Shown here: piece by piece, positions 11,930-25,924 of the stretch | Position numbering within the stretch: the first letter of the stretch is position 1 | Layout of the letters: every line of letters begins with the position of its first letter | Assembly (NCBI GenBank): GCA_028534125.1 | Contig: CM052817.1 | Location: 38,814,001-38,878,000, forward strand | Direction of reading: 5' to 3' | DNA: 64,000 nucleotides | Source of the DNA: Lama glama | Taxonomy: Eukaryota | Notes under the pieces: generated by a model | Told to the model about the DNA's origin: nothing | Seen by the model: only the letters and a program-made list of their open reading frames with translations | Databases searched by the model: none | Translations under genes and position numbers: made by a program

Positions 11930-12340
11930 CTGAACCCTCTGCGGCACTTTTTGCTCTGGAGTTCACTACACCCATGACGTTAGTTCTTCACTCTGCACTC
12001 TAGTCATTGTGCTGTCTGCCTGAGTGCCCCTCTGTCCATGACTTTGTAACCTCTAGCCTAGTAACTCCCATTTGATACGGCCTCATTTCTCTGGATGTCT
12101 TTAATACTCACACATGAGGAGCTTTCCTTTGCTGTCTTGCCAGCTCAGGCTTAGTTAGACACCCTCCTCTGTGCTTTTATAAAGCCTCGTATATATCACT
12201 CATGTTATCATTGATAAAATGTGCCTTACGCAGTTTCAGGCACCTGATAGATACCCAGTAAACCTTTGAATGAAGGAGTGATTGGTTGAATAAATAAAAT
12301 AAAGGTTGAATAAATGAACGAAGGAATGAATGAATTGAAT
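11930..12340 (+). mobile_element. L2 3'-end fragment
   Basis: ends gcacctgatagatacccagtaaacctttgaatgaa followed by (gaat)n tail. Confidence 0.55.
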
Positions 12341-12539
12341 GTGTAGAAAGTATCACCTTTTCAAAGGTTGTTTTTGCCTGTTACATTAGATCTTAGTATA
12401 ACCCTTGAAATCTTACCCACTAAGAAATAGTAACTATAAATTAGGGTTTAATTTTTTAAATTCTGTTCAGATTTATGGCCTGAATAATCGTGAATGAAAA
12501 CATGAAAAGAAAAATGACATAACTGTAAAAGTACATTAG

Positions 12540-12710
12540 ATCTGAAGGAAGCTCAGAGGGGCTTCTGGGGTCTGGGGAGTGTTCTATTTTTTGATCTGGT
12601 TGCTGGTTGCATCATATTTTAAGCATCTGAAAATTCATCAAGCTATGCACTTAATGAAATGAAAACTAAACATTTTTCTGTATATATAGTATACTGCAAT
12701 AGAGTTATTT
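12540..12710 (+). mobile_element. Old L1 (L1ME-like) 3'-end fragment
   Basis: gggcttctgggg...gttctattttttgatctggttgctggtt...aaaattcatcaagctatgcactta. Confidence 0.6.
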
Positions 12711-13837
12711 CTAAAGTACGTCAGTGTTCTTCCTGTAACGTTCTACGTTTTTATTATTGAAGTAGTTCAAATGTGCTGATAAAAATTAACTTAATTTGCA
12801 TATTTTAGGAAATGTATTTTCTATTGCTGTCATTTTTAAACTTTTAACCTCATGAGTAGTTTTTGCTCTAATTGCTCTAAGTTTGAATAGTGCAGGAAGT
12901 GTATTAGGCTGACATTTATTTAACATTTGTTTGACTTTGATTTAGTTGCTGATTTCTTTTCTTGACTCATGTTGAACTGAGTATAAGCAAGGAAGAATTT
13001 TTACTAAGAACCAGATCCTGCCTGTCGGGAAGAAAACAATACTTACATTGAGAGATTTAGCAACTCCTTCCTTCTTTGAGGAAAATACAAGTTCTGCCAA
13101 GTTTGGCTTTTTACAGTGGCACAGCAGTCTGCCAGGCAGGCAGGGTCCAGTGGGGAGTGAGTAGGGAGACACTCCCCAGGTCCAGTTCCAGGGGGTGTTC
13201 TGGAAAAAAGAGGAAAGGAAGCTGTGTGGAAGAGAAGACAGCCAGCGATTCCTCACATGATCATGTACATTATCTCACTAACTCTCACGACAAGTCAGTG
13301 AACTGTATTTGAAATTTACATGAAGACACAGAGGCCCAGAGACTTTAAGAAATTTGACCAGATCTGTAGTTGAGCGGCAGACCTGGAAATCACTCAGGAT
13401 TGCCAGGCTTCACAGACTGTTTTCACTCTGTGTCATCTTGCCTCAGCTCTCTTTGCACAAAGCTTCCTGTGTCGGTCTCCTTCCTTAATCTGACGTGTTG
13501 ATTGACTGTAGAAACTAGAACATGTGTGCCCGGCACAGAGTGAGTCCTCAGTGAATATGTGGAGAAATGGATTGGGTAGATGGATGTGAGTAAATGGCTG
13601 TTTCCTTTTGCTGACATCAGCTGCAAATCAGACTGCAATATTAGCTATTCGTTTTAATATGCTCAAACTCAGGTGAACATGAGTAGCTCAGGGGATGCCA
13701 TCACAGAGTGACGTCTTGGTAAAATCTTGTTTGCCTATAAATCCATGTCTAAAAACATTTTGCTTCATTTATATCAAAAAAGAAATTACCTGCTTTTTAA
13801 AAACCATATTAAAGAGTGTTTATGGGTTTCTTTACAG

Positions 13838-13986
13838 ATCCAACACATGTACCGCTGTGCTCGAGTCCAGGGCCTAGATACTAGTGAGGGGCTGCTGCTT
13901 TTTGGTAAAGAGCATTTTTATGTGATTGATGGATTTACAATGACGGCAACCAGGGAAATAAGAGATATCGAAACCTTACCTCCAAA
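13838..13986 (+). CDS. WDFY3: WDFY3 exon IQHMYRCARVQGLD...ETLPP (PH-like domain)
   Basis: tacag|ATC, AA|gtaagt; 149 nt phase 0/2. Confidence 0.96.
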
Positions 13987-15116
13987 GTAAGTAAATGAGT
14001 GAAGAGAGACAAAGTACAACTATCTTTAGAAAACAATATACTTACATAGTGTTTTTAATGCAAAAGTTGTGTTTTAAGTAATGTTATCTCTCAGTTTATG
14101 TGTATCCATCATTAAATATTCACAAGAGTAATTGTTATTTCAAGCTTATAAGGGACACATTTGCCTTATCTATCAAAATGAAAACTAAACATAATTTATT
14201 GCTATGCATTAATAGTGTTACACACCATCTTCCTTGTATTATAATCTGTATATTTATAAAATTATTGTAAATTTTCAAATTGTTCTTTTTCTTTTTTTTC
14301 AAATTTCAATACAAACACATTGTAGAGAAAATTCAGGCAGCTGTACAATACTCTTAACAAATGTAAGTGCAGCCATGTCCTCTGAGTACCCTGGAAGCAG
14401 AGGCAAGAATGATCTGACTGAGTTTATACATCTTCCTTTTCCCCTGAAGTTCTGTGGTGGATGTGTTAGTGGGTAATGGAAACCAGAGACAGACCAAGCT
14501 AGAAGAAAGCTAAAAAGCCTAAAGCTTAGAAAATCAGCATGCTCTTCTATGCCTTTAACATTTTGAACACCTAAACATGTACTTTGAGTGTGGACATGGT
14601 CTCTGTAGTTCACTCCTAGGAGATATTCAGATAATTACTTTCTGCAGCAATCACAGCCACTTTATGACTTTTATGCCCCTTGTCCTCCATTTTAAAATAT
14701 TTAAAATTATATTTTATGGCTGTGTTGATTTAAAGATGAATATGTTTGTATTATATATTAAAATATTTTCTTCTACCTAGAAGTTCAGTTGTTTCTTCTG
14801 ATTTGAAAAGAAATGAAAACATTTTCTTGGACCCCTTGCAGTGCACAGGCCTGGGCACTGTGCCGGTCATGCCTGATAGGTGGGCCCTGACAGGGCGAGT
14901 AGGATTCTTTTTTTAAGTTCTGTTCATCAGAGGGGGTTTCTTGTATGCTAAGTAGCTAAGAAATTATTCTCTTGAAGTTGTTTTTTTTTAACTAAATACT
15001 CTTAATATATTGTTCCCTGCTCCTCTTCACATGTTGAAAATAACACAGCCCTTTTTGGACAGTGAGTTTATCTCTTGCTGTGTTTTTGTTATCTCCTTTC
15101 TCTCGGCTGCCTGTAG

Positions 15117-15237
15117 TATGCATGAGCCAATTATCCCTAGAGGAGCCAGGCAAGGCCCCAGTCAGCTCAAAAGGACATGCAGCATTTTTGCATATGAAGA
15201 TATCAAGGAAGTGCATAAGAGGCGGTATCTCCTGCAG
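15117..15237 (+). CDS. WDFY3: WDFY3 exon MHEPIIPRG...HKRRYLLQ (PH-like domain)
   Basis: tgtag|T, CAG|gtgggt; 121 nt phase 2/0; RRYLLQ is a BEACH-PH hallmark. Confidence 0.96.
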
Positions 15238-15760
15238 GTGGGTTGGTTTTAGTAGTAACAAATGTTTTGTCATGTTCCTTTATTCAGAGGATGTATTATT
15301 TTTAAATTGATACTTGCCAGGATCCACATAGTTCCTTAGAGTATTCCTTATATTTGGTTATATGATAGACAAACTCATGTCACATGGGTACATAACTGTG
15401 TAATAGCTCTTTTTTTTTAAACCCAACTTTAAAACCTTCGGTGATATCTTTGTTATCCATCTTTCCCTATAGCTATCAAATTTATATTATAATTTGCTTG
15501 TAATATAAAATTACATTCTCACTATAAATTTATAATTTTATAATTACTCTGTTTTACCATTATTCTGTTAAACAATTTGGAAGCAAATGGGCTCTGTTTA
15601 TTTTGTAATTTAATCTGCTGGGAAGTTATAACTCTAAAAAAAAAAATGTTCTTCAGTCAACAAGTTGGTTTCTTCAGCATCATGGAAATTCATACTGGAA
15701 AAGTTAATGTGTAATCTTATGTGTGTTTTTTCTTAACGTTTTTCTCTCTGATCATTTCAG

Positions 15761-15846
15761 CCTATTGCTGTGGAAGTCTTCTCTGGAGATGGACGGAATT
15801 ACCTCCTTGCTTTTCAGAAAGGAATTAGAAACAAAGTCTATCAAAG
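15761..15846 (+). CDS. WDFY3: WDFY3 exon PIAVEVFSGDGRNYLLAF...VYQ
   Basis: ttcag|CCT, AG|gtatta; 86 nt phase 0/2. Confidence 0.95.
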
Positions 15847-17313
15847 GTATTATTTATTAGAAATACTTACAATGCTATCATGGAAAGAAATGGGAGGTAA
15901 AGTATTATCAGTCTAGCCAGTTTTGAAAAATCTGTTAAATGTGTGAATTAACTTCCTCAAAGAAAATGTTTGTTTCATTTTTGCCAGCCCCTTGAAACAT
16001 AAGACTTCTATTTATGCTTTTCTATTTTGAAATGCCATTTTTCCTTCTGGAAACTTAGAGTAGATAACGGCAAAAGCCACTTTCATCATTAAGCCCCATG
16101 CGGCTAAGTATGAAAGGATTATGAAACTGTAGCTTAAAAAATAACACTTCAGGTTCAGAATAGGCTTCTTTCATGTTTTCCAAAAAGAAGACAGTGCCGT
16201 ACCTTGCTATTGAGTGCAGAGCCTGAGTTTCCTTAGAACTTGTATTCATCAAGACTCCTCTGACCCTCATCCTTGAAAAAAGGAGCATCGCCAAGTAAAA
16301 CAGCTGATGTAATGTAATCACATTTCCTTTGTGGTAAACTGCGTTTAAATTTTACCTTGTAAAAGAAAAATACTATATGCGCACCCAGGGTGCTTGAAAA
16401 CGTTGGATGTGAGAAAATGAACTAATCGTAACATGATAGGAAAGCCCACTCATTCTTGAGGAGTGGCGTGGACCCTCTAGTAGGGAAGTTTTGTACTTCA
16501 CTTATTTCCGTGAGGAATGACTAATATCAAGCAACATTGCTTATCTGCAGTACAGTAATACTACCTGTGAGCAGGAAAATGAAGGCGGTTCTTCAAGTTA
16601 AGTGCCTGTGGATGTTGGTCGGGAAGAGCTAAGGAAATGACTGAAATTTTAGTTATCTTGTTTATTTCTAAAGGTGATATCATGTTCACCATTAATGAAC
16701 TATCTGCTCTTCCTAAGTAGAAGCGATTACAAGATGAGTTTGTTTTTCTCTGAGAATTTTCTGTGTATATGCCAAGTTCAAGGTCCATATTCATTTCAAG
16801 AATTTTCCCACAGTTCTTGTTTGCCTTTAAGAAATTGGTGTTGACCTTGTGAGCAGCTCTGAAAATAATAACAGTGTCACTTAAAGGTTCTTATCATGTA
16901 TGTATTTTCCTTTGTTAGTGATGTCTCAGTTCTATCGTTTGTTTCGCTGTTAGCACTACTTGCTGTCATGTGAATATTTAGCTGTTAATGACTCTTTAGG
17001 ACATCGTTAAGTTGACTCATTTCCCGTGAATCAGTGTGGCAGGACTTTTTCTTCTGGTACTGGGGCAGCATATGTAAAAATCCACAATGACAGCCTTTCC
17101 TGTGTACCTTTCTGTTTGGCTTTGGAAGCCATCATCTTACCCTTTTTTGGTAACAGAATGTTCTAATTATTGTGTATTCCCTTTGCCTGCCGTTTACTGA
17201 GTAGTAGAGGGGTAAATGCAGCAATTAAGGTCTAAATGAATCCTTTCTTAAACTCCCATAAGATCCTGGCTGAAACGTCATTTCCAATTTTATCCTATTT
17301 TTAACTTTTCCAG

Positions 17314-17394
17314 ATTTTTGGCTGTAGTGCCATCTCTAACTGACAGTTCAGAGTCAGTGTCTGGGCAACGACCGAACACAAGCGTGGAGCAGGG
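17314..17394 (+). CDS. WDFY3: WDFY3 exon FLAVVPSLTDSSESVSGQRPNTSVEQ
   Basis: tccag|A, GG|gtaagt; 81 nt phase 2/2. Confidence 0.95.
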
Positions 17395-18184
17395 GTAAGT
17401 TGTTTGCTTCTTGCACATTACAGTTTAATAGTGAAATTAGGATCCTTTATATCTGGACAGTATTACTTAACATATTTAATGAGTGTTCCCCTCGCGCCAC
17501 CACAAACCCTGGTGGTTTGCAGAAAAATTTTTAAATACCGAAAACTAAAAGAAAAAGAAAATGTGTGCATGATCATTCATGTCAAATCAGTGCTCACATT
17601 TCGATCAATTCCCTTCTGATCTTTTAAGCGTGCATATATTCCTGTGTGCACAATTGAGTCTGTACTGTAAATACAGATTTTTATTCTGCTTCTGTTCAGT
17701 GTTGCATGTAAATATTTCCTCCTGCCTTTAAAATATTCTTTAGAAACTGTACTTTCATGTATATATGAAGCATTTTCTATTTTTGGATATTTCATCTTTA
17801 TCGGGTTTCCTTTTTATAATAATGTAAATGTAATACCTCATTTTTTTTTTAGGATAAAGTCCCCTTAGTAAAGTGATATGAATTTTAAGGCTCTTAATAC
17901 ACAAAGCCAACTAGATTTCTTTAAAAATTATACACGTCTGTATTCCACCATTAGTGGATAAGTTTGCTTATCTCAGTAGATGCTTATCAGCTTTTTATAT
18001 TTACTTTTTAATTTTTACTGATTTTAGAAAACACTTTGTTTTTAAACGTGCATTATTTTCATATTAATAATTTTGAACCCTGTACATATTTGTTAGCCAT
18101 TTAAAATTATCATTTACAAATTATCTATAACTTTTGCCCATTTTTTTCCACCGAGTTCTTTATTGTTGGTGGTGTTGGGATTTG

Positions 18185-18295
18185 ATTTTTTTTTTGAGAT
18201 ATAATTGACATTATATTAGTTTCGGGTGTACAATATAATGAGTCAATATTTGTATAAATTGTGAAATAAGGACCTCGCTAAGTCTAGTTATCATC
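18185..18295 (-). mobile_element. L1 (L1MA-like) extreme 3' end
   Basis: poly-T then gagatataattgacattatattagtttcgggtgtacaatataatg. Confidence 0.6.
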
Positions 18296-19571
18296 TTCTC
18301 TGAGTTCCTGTCATCAGTGTGTGTGGGATTTTTCTGTAATAGCGTATTACTCCTTTGCTTGTCGTATTTGTTGCAAATTTCCAAGTTTTTCTCTTAAATC
18401 TTTTTTTTGACATTTAAATTTAAACTTCTGTTTTTGTGTGTTCTATCAGTCGTTCCTTTGTGCTCTTTTCAGCTGCTTTTAATCTTAGGAAATCCTTTTG
18501 GGTGATATAGGCATTTCAAGAATCCATATACCCAGCTTCATTCAGTCACTCAGAACTGGTAGCCCTTTATAATCCACTGGGAAAGAAGCAGAGCTTTGGG
18601 GCTACAGATTAATTGTTACAGCATGCAAGAAAGTGACCTAAAAACTTCGCTGGGAAGCCTGTGATTTGTCAATAAAATTTGATTCCAGCCTGTATGCCTC
18701 TAAATATATTTGTCTATTTCTTTTTTATTTGTTGCTTATATTTTTCTTTAGCTGAGGTTTAACAAATACGAATGCTGCGAATATGCTTTCGTTAACCTCA
18801 GACACGTGTTCTGTTCCTAATCACTTGTGCTGCTGTGAAGATAAATACAGGAAGTGAAAGTCTCCCTTAAAGCATATTGAGCCTTTTTCTACTTGTAAGC
18901 AAGTTGCTGGTCTTTTGCCTGCCTGAATAATCTTCAGCGTGCTGTTTCATTGTTCTTACTACTTTCTGTGCTGAACTGGAAGTTCTTAAAGAATTTCTCA
19001 AAGCTCAAAGGCAAGGAGCAGAAATTCATTTCCAGCTTAAATCTTCTTTTCAATTGTTCCCTTTCTTATAACGTTAAGAAATGATCATAGCTCTTTTTCC
19101 AGAGAGAGTATCCTATACATTCAATTTGCCTGAAGGGAAGAATTTATCTAGAAGTGGAAAGTGGTATCTATACTATTGAGCTAGACATGTTTATGAACTA
19201 AGGTATACAAATCTCTTAATTTCCTTTCAGGCAGTAAAATATATAATTAAGTGCTTTCCTGCTGGTTCAGTGACCAATTCATAATATTCAAATTACTAAT
19301 AATCAGTATTATAAAGCTGTTAAACCCTAAGGGTTTTATAGCATTCTAGGAAAGTCTGCTATAGGAAAAAGTCCGTAATTTTCTGAACAGCAATAACTTT
19401 CCTGTCATAAAATATTCCTATTTTCAATCACTTTTTCAACATCTCGTTTAGGAGATGTACTATGCACCTGCTATGTACAAAATATTGTATGCTGTATCAG
19501 TTATTCCAATTTAATGTCTTTACATCAGTTTATATAGGGATTGTTGTAAAAGGTAGACAGTTGAACTGCAT

Positions 19572-19836
19572 CAGTGTTTTTCGGACTCATTTGCCATGAT
19601 CCACAGTAAAAAAAAATATACACTACACTGCATCCCAAGACACACAAACTTAGTTACAAATAGTAAAATAAAATTCACAGAAAATTCTTTTTCTTAGTGT
19701 ATATAATGCCTTCTGATGTTCTCTATTTTCTTCTATTCGATTCTGCTATTTCATATTTCAAAATGCTGATCATAACCCACTAAACTGATTTCATGACCCA
19801 CTAATAGATTGTACTTCGTAGTTTGAAAAATTCTTG
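19572..19836. mobile_element. hAT-Charlie (Charlie4-like) fossil
   Basis: starts cagtgttttt, ends ccactaaactgatttcatgacccactaat...gtttgaaaaa. Confidence 0.55.
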
Positions 19837-19922
19837 GACCAGTTGACTTAAAATTTGTAACTTTGTAATTACTCAGATTTAAAATTATATTGCTTGCAAT
19901 TTATGTAATTTATCATTTGTAG

Positions 19923-19977
19923 ATCTGGGTTGCTTAGCACTCTGGTTGGAGAGAAGTCTGTGACTCAGAGATGGGAG
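19923..19977 (+). CDS. WDFY3: WDFY3 exon SGLLSTLVGEKSVTQRWE (BEACH start)
   Basis: tgtag|A, GAG|gtaagc; 55 nt phase 2/0. Confidence 0.95.
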
Positions 19978-20216
19978 GTAAGCTTAATGAAAATGCAAAA
20001 CTTCCTTCGTAATTTGTAGTTAGAAGGTATAAGTCATACAGTTAAAGCACTTTAATAAATTACAAATATATACCATAGAAAAAATGTTTCACTTTTGTTC
20101 TTTTTAGGGAAAAAAAATGTTTTGTTGTTTTGAAATCTGTAAGAAACTGTCCTTTACCTCATTTTGCCTATAAATTTTTGAAAAGTGAACATAGTGGAAG
20201 TAATTGATTGCTTTAA

Positions 20217-20411
<195 letters not shown>

Positions 20412-22032
20412 TAAAAGATACTGCACTAGCTCAGATGTTTGATTTGCTTTATAGTTTAGAGTTCTCAACAGGACTTACTCCAAGAAGACGAGAAGAGCTT
20501 TGGGTTAGACTTGTACAAAGTTTGGATACTTGACCAGCTTCTTGGATATTCAAAATATCTATCTGATTTCCTCACATGCTGATAAATTTGTATCCACTGG
20601 AGGATGTCGCTGTCCTCTGTACTGCAGCCAGCTTCAGAAACAAATCTAAGTCATCCTTCTGTTTAAAATTATTCCATGGATCATCATCACAATTGGGAGA
20701 AAATTTTAAAACCTCAGTGTAACACCCTATACAAAGTAGCTCCTGCATATGTAGCCCTCCTGTACTCCCAGGACTGCTGTTCTGGGCTACCCTGTTCTCT
20801 CTCTCTCTCTCCCCCTGTATTGCTCTGTCTTCATACCTGCACTTGCTGCCCTCCCTGCCTGGACTTCTCCCCAGGCTCATCTGTGCTCATCTTCTCCCCC
20901 ACTGGCATGTCCCTCTGGGTAGCTTCATTTCATCCCACAGGACACACTAAATTTAACTTCCAGGGAGCCTTCTGGCCCTTCTCTCCTCTTCCTTCTCCCT
21001 CTGTTCCCACGCCTCCTGGTAGCTGTATCGTGCTGCTTTCTTTTACAGCATGCCATAGTCATGATTTTATCTGAGCTCACTCAGCCGTGAGGTCCTAGAA
21101 CACAAAGACTGTCTTACATAGCTCTTAAGTCCCACCCTCTAGAGCACTGCCCAGTACTTAGGATACACTTTAATCTTTGTTGAAATAACCGAAAAAAGTA
21201 TAAATGAGTTACTTTGCATGCAGATTTTCAGAGGACAAATACTAACTTGACTTATATTGATAAATGTGGATCAGTTTCTCCTCTCCAAGACTTAAAATAC
21301 AAGTTGGCAAAATTGGTGGGTTGTGATGCCCTAGGAAAAGAACACAAATTAGGTATCCCATGGGTACATACTTCAAATTTCTCCTTTTAAAACCCTCAGG
21401 AGGTAAGTTTTGGTTTACTTTTAAATATATGAATTAGGTCAACTAGAGATGAGCTTTTAAAATAGTCTCTGGTAGACTGAAAGAATCCATTTCATTTGGA
21501 AGTCACTTGATCTGGTATGATTGGAGGCGAATGAATTTCTCTGCAAATTACAAGTGCTCTAGTTTATTTTACTTCCTGTTCACCTCTAAGAAGAAAATGC
21601 TCAGAGGTGAAGTTGGACTGAAACAGGGAAAGAGGGGAACAGGACAGAAAGATTTGATCTCCAATTATGTGGGTGATGGAGGATAAAGATGAATTGGAGC
21701 TTTCATGCCCAGTCTCCTGCTGTGCCCTTGCCAAAACTGGGAAGGGCTTTCCCTCTTATTCCTCATCTTCAAACCTAGATCCTGAGGGCCTTCCTCTGTG
21801 AACATTTAATTTCCAAAACAGTTGTCTTCAAACTGCCATGTGCCTGTCTGCACAGTATGGATAACCAGTAGGTGCGTGGCATTCATTGCTTTGGGGTCCA
21901 GTTCTGCTGGTGCAACACTGTAGGTACTAGCACACTTACTAACCGTCACTGTCTGCTATCGCCATTGTGTCTACTTTGGTGAGAATAGTGGGTGCATAGT
22001 AATTCGGAGTTGGGTTTCTCTTTGCATTTTAG

Positions 22033-22150
22033 GAGGTAGATCTTACTAATCCCAAGACATTTAGAAACCTGGCTAAGCCGATGGGAGCGCAGACAGATGA
22101 ACGATTAGCTCAGTATAAGAAGCGATACAAAGACTGGGAAGATCCTAATG
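22033..22150 (+). CDS. WDFY3: WDFY3 BEACH exon EVDLTNPKTFRNLAKPMGAQ...WEDPN
   Basis: tttag|GAG, G|gtgagt; 118 nt phase 0/1. Confidence 0.97.
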
Positions 22151-23067
22151 GTGAGTAATTTTCTTGTCATGGGATTTTGTACACGTTTCGAAAGTAAGCT
22201 ATAATCAGTGGTCTGACGCCCTTGCGTCTTTGCCTAAATTGCTTATCTATCATCTGTATATGTTACATATGCACGCATGTACACAACTGTCAGAATAGAA
22301 ACATCAGGTTTTGCTTGCCAACTGATGGCCATGCTTAGAAGGCATTTTTAAGGTATCTTGTCAGGTATTAACAGAACACTATGTGTGTGTGCTCGGTGTA
22401 GGGCAGAAATTTCCCATCATTGTATCTCTAATTGTTTTTAAACTGGGAACCATATTTCCCTTTACTGACTCTCAGTTTTATTGAGATGCTTTTTATAACC
22501 CTTTTGCATTAAAAAATAATAATTGACTACCTTCTAAAATACTAGTTTCCTACTTATGATTTATTGTGTTTAATGTTTATCATGTGTCCCCTTCAAACAG
22601 GCAAAACTAACAAAGGAGAAAAAAACTAAGTGTGTGGAATCTTTATTTTTTCCTTGCCAAGGAAAGTATGTCAGAAAAATTGAATGACATTAATAGATTT
22701 AGAGAAATATTTAGCAATGCAAAACCAGAACTTAATGACAAGTTGCCGTATGTAAATATTCTGCCTTAGTCGAAGATGGTTTGCTACTACGGGTTATCTA
22801 TTCCAGTAGGCCTCAAAACATAAATTGCTAGATGTGCTCAGTTTGAGAGAAAGGCACAGAATTACACTAAATTGGATAACCGCCAAATATATGTGTGGGG
22901 TTGCAGTGTCAGGATAAAATTTTTATGCTGCAAATGCTGACACTAACTTGCACTTGGTGTCACAGTTGTCATATACAGTAGTAGCGTTTTCAAGTCTGTT
23001 AATGAATACCAATTTTATTTTTCATGTTTACCCTTTCATTTTCAATTATACTTTATTTTTTGTCCAG

Positions 23068-23174
23068 GAGAAACTCCGGCCTACCACTATGGGACCCACT
23101 ATTCATCTGCAATGATTGTGGCTTCATACCTAGTAAGGATGGAGCCCTTCACACAGATATTCCTAAGGCTACAG
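23068..23174 (+). CDS. WDFY3: WDFY3 BEACH exon ETPAYHYGTHYSS...FLRLQ
   Basis: tccag|GA, CAG|gtaaaa; 107 nt phase 1/0; YGTHYS motif. Confidence 0.97.
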
Positions 23175-23519
23175 GTAAAAGTTCAGAGGTTCTGCATTTT
23201 ATTCAAGCCTTCTATTAAAACTGTTGCTTTTATTTTAAATGTTATCTTGCCTGACAAGAAGCCTCATGAAGTTCTAGTCATAAAAGTAGTCAAACATAGT
23301 TAAACTGGAATTTCACTCGTCCAAAATTAATAAATAAACTAGAATTTGTTTACATAAACAAGTGCCAGGGTCTTTTCAATCAAATAAGTAGACAGTACGT
23401 ATTTTCAGGCCAAGAGGTAGATGGAATTCAGCTGTAACTGGTTGAATTCAACAAACACTTTAAAAAGATAAATACAGTCCAGCTCAGTTGCTGTCTTTAT
23501 TGCTTTTCTCCACTTTCTC

Positions 23520-24440
23520 TTTCATTTATTCAGCAGATATTTATTGAGTACCTACTGCGTGCCATGTACCATTCTAGGTGCTTGAAGAACATCAGTGAAT
23601 AAAGACAAAAGCCCTGCCCTGTGGAATTTGCATATTTTAGTTGAGAGAGACAAACATTCTAAGTATATTGCAAAGTATTTTAGAATGTGACAAACACAGA
23701 TAAGGGGGAAGAGGATGGGACGTATGGAAATGGGGGGGTGGAGGAGGACGTGATGCAGTTTTTTGTTTTTTGGGTTTTTTTTCTGTATGTATATTTTTAT
23801 TGAAGTATAGTCAGTTTACAGTGTGTCCATTTCTGGTGTACAACATAGTATTTCAGTCATATATGAACATACATATATTCATTTTCATATTCTTCTTCAA
23901 GATATTGAATACATGAGATACTGAATATAGTTCCCTGTGCTGTATATTATAAACTTATGAACTTGTTAAATTTTTTTTGGTGGGGGGAGGTAATTAGATT
24001 TGTTTGTTTGTTTGTTTGTTTGTGTGTTTAAATTGGGGGGTGGTAATTAGGTTTACCTATTTTTAGAGTAGGCACTGGGATTTGAACCCAGGACCTCCTG
24101 CATGCTAAGCATGTGCTCTAGCACTTGAGCTGTACCCTCCCCCCAATGCAGTTTTAGAGTAGTCAGAGTAGGTCTCCTTGAAAGGGAACATGTGAACAGA
24201 AACTTGAAGGAGGTGAGGGAGTTACTCCTATGGACATCTGGAAAAAGTGTGTTCCAGGCATAGAGTACAGCCCAGTGGGGGCCCTCAGTCAGGCATGTGC
24301 CGGAGATGTTTGAGAAACAGCAAGGAAGCCAGTATGTCTGGAGCAGAGTAACCTCAGGGGAAAGCGAGAGGGGATGAGGTCAGAGAGGTAATGGGCCAAA
24401 CTGTGGCAGGCCTTGGTGGCCGTCAGCACTTTTCACACAG
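23520..24440 (-). mobile_element. L2 3' fragment interrupted by a younger insertion at 23763-24144
   Basis: ttcatttattcagcagatatttattgagtacctactg tail; resumes ...cttgaaggaggtgagggag...gttccaggc...caaggaagccagtatgtctggagcagag. Confidence 0.75.
23763..24144 (-). mobile_element. Composite retroelement: Vic-1-like SINE head (24069-24144) fused to an L1 3' end (~23790-23966)
   Basis: tRNA A/B boxes on minus strand, then cagcacagggaactatattca...gactatacttcaataaa + A-tail; direct repeat atgcagtttt at 23753-23762 and 24146-24155. Confidence 0.8.
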
Positions 24441-25027
24441 TGAACTTTATCCTAAAGACAGATATGCTGTGTTCACTCAGACGCAGCACAGGGAGTTTGA
24501 GGAAGAGGGGAGGATGTATCCGTGAAGCTCTATAAACAAAAGAAAGCCCTTTTCTATTTGAATTCGTTCTATCAGTCTGTGATTTTTTTTGATCACCTTC
24601 CTGGTTCTCCACTTAATTCTCATTGGTATGAGAACTTGAAGAACATGTTAACTTATAAAATTTGTCAAGCACATGTATAACCGGAGTATTTCCAGCTGTA
24701 GATGGCTACTTGAGAAACTTTTTTTAGAAGAGCATCATCAAACAATGAAAGAACTCCTGTTTCCTTATAGTCCTGCTCTTTCTCCAAATACTAATCTTTT
24801 TTTGAATGACTTTTTTAAGTCTTTGTATTTGGATTTCACTTGGATACAAAGCAAGAGCACCCTTTGTAAGCAGTGCCCCCCAAAATAATTAATTTTCTTT
24901 TTGTGATTATTTAGAATTTTGTGTATTTGACATAGGTTGATGGGAAATTGAATTGTCACCAAACATATTTAGTTGGGGTTTTCAAGCTCTTGAGCTTGGA
25001 TGCCCCGAGGTGGGAGCAGTTCTCTAA

Positions 25028-25216
<189 letters not shown>

Positions 25217-25298
25217 TAGTGCTACGGCACTCTTAGGAGTGTTAGCAGGGAAAACACCAAGTCACTTTCTGATGATTGTCTGCGGTACACACTCAGGT

Positions 25299-25924
25299 TG
25301 TTACTAAACTTGGATCCGTGGCAAAGCCAATCTCCTGACACTGGGTTGTGGTGAAGGAAACTACATTGTGTGTTTATTGCAGGGCCAAGCAAGGAAAACA
25401 GGCAGCTCATACTCAAAAGACACCAACTCCCCAGTAATGGCTTTCAAGGAAGGGAGTCACTGTGAGGGATAGGGTCACGGGGAGTGTCATAGGCTTGTGC
25501 ACAACTCTGAGATTGGTTGTTGGTGAGGTAATAGGAACCTCAGTCATCAGTCTTCTGGTTCCAGCTGGTCTGGGGTCTACCTACTGGTGGTTGTCATGTA
25601 AGTTAACTTCTTCCACCTGGTGGGGGTTTTAGTATCTGCAGAACAACTCAAGGGTATGGCTTAGGGTATTATCTATAGCCCTTGAGGAGGAACTAAAGGT
25701 CCTTGACTTTGTTTTATGGTTAAACTAGTATTATTTTGCCTTGCTTAACTGTTTTCCTTTGTTTCTGTATTTTCTCAGTTCTCTGATTAAATTTGCTCTT
25801 TAGAACTCAGGGAAGTCCTCAGAGGCTAAAGTGTTTTTGCAAACAAGAGGCAGGGGACATGGGATGGGGTTGGGGGACTGGGACTCGTCCTTGGGAAGAC
25901 CCTGCAGGTTCCTGCTCAGTTTCT
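25299..25924 (-). mobile_element. Probable solo LTR (ERV1-class)
   Basis: ~625 bp block starting tgttac, minus-strand AATAAA (tttatt ~25373), cccttgaggaggaactaaaggtccttgactttg resembling laurasiatherian LTRs; no clear TSD. Confidence 0.6.

Noticed and set aside
22031..22036. NAGNAG acceptors (TAG GAG; also at 45-50 and 23065-23070)
   Set aside because: Distal GAG is rarely used; no further support
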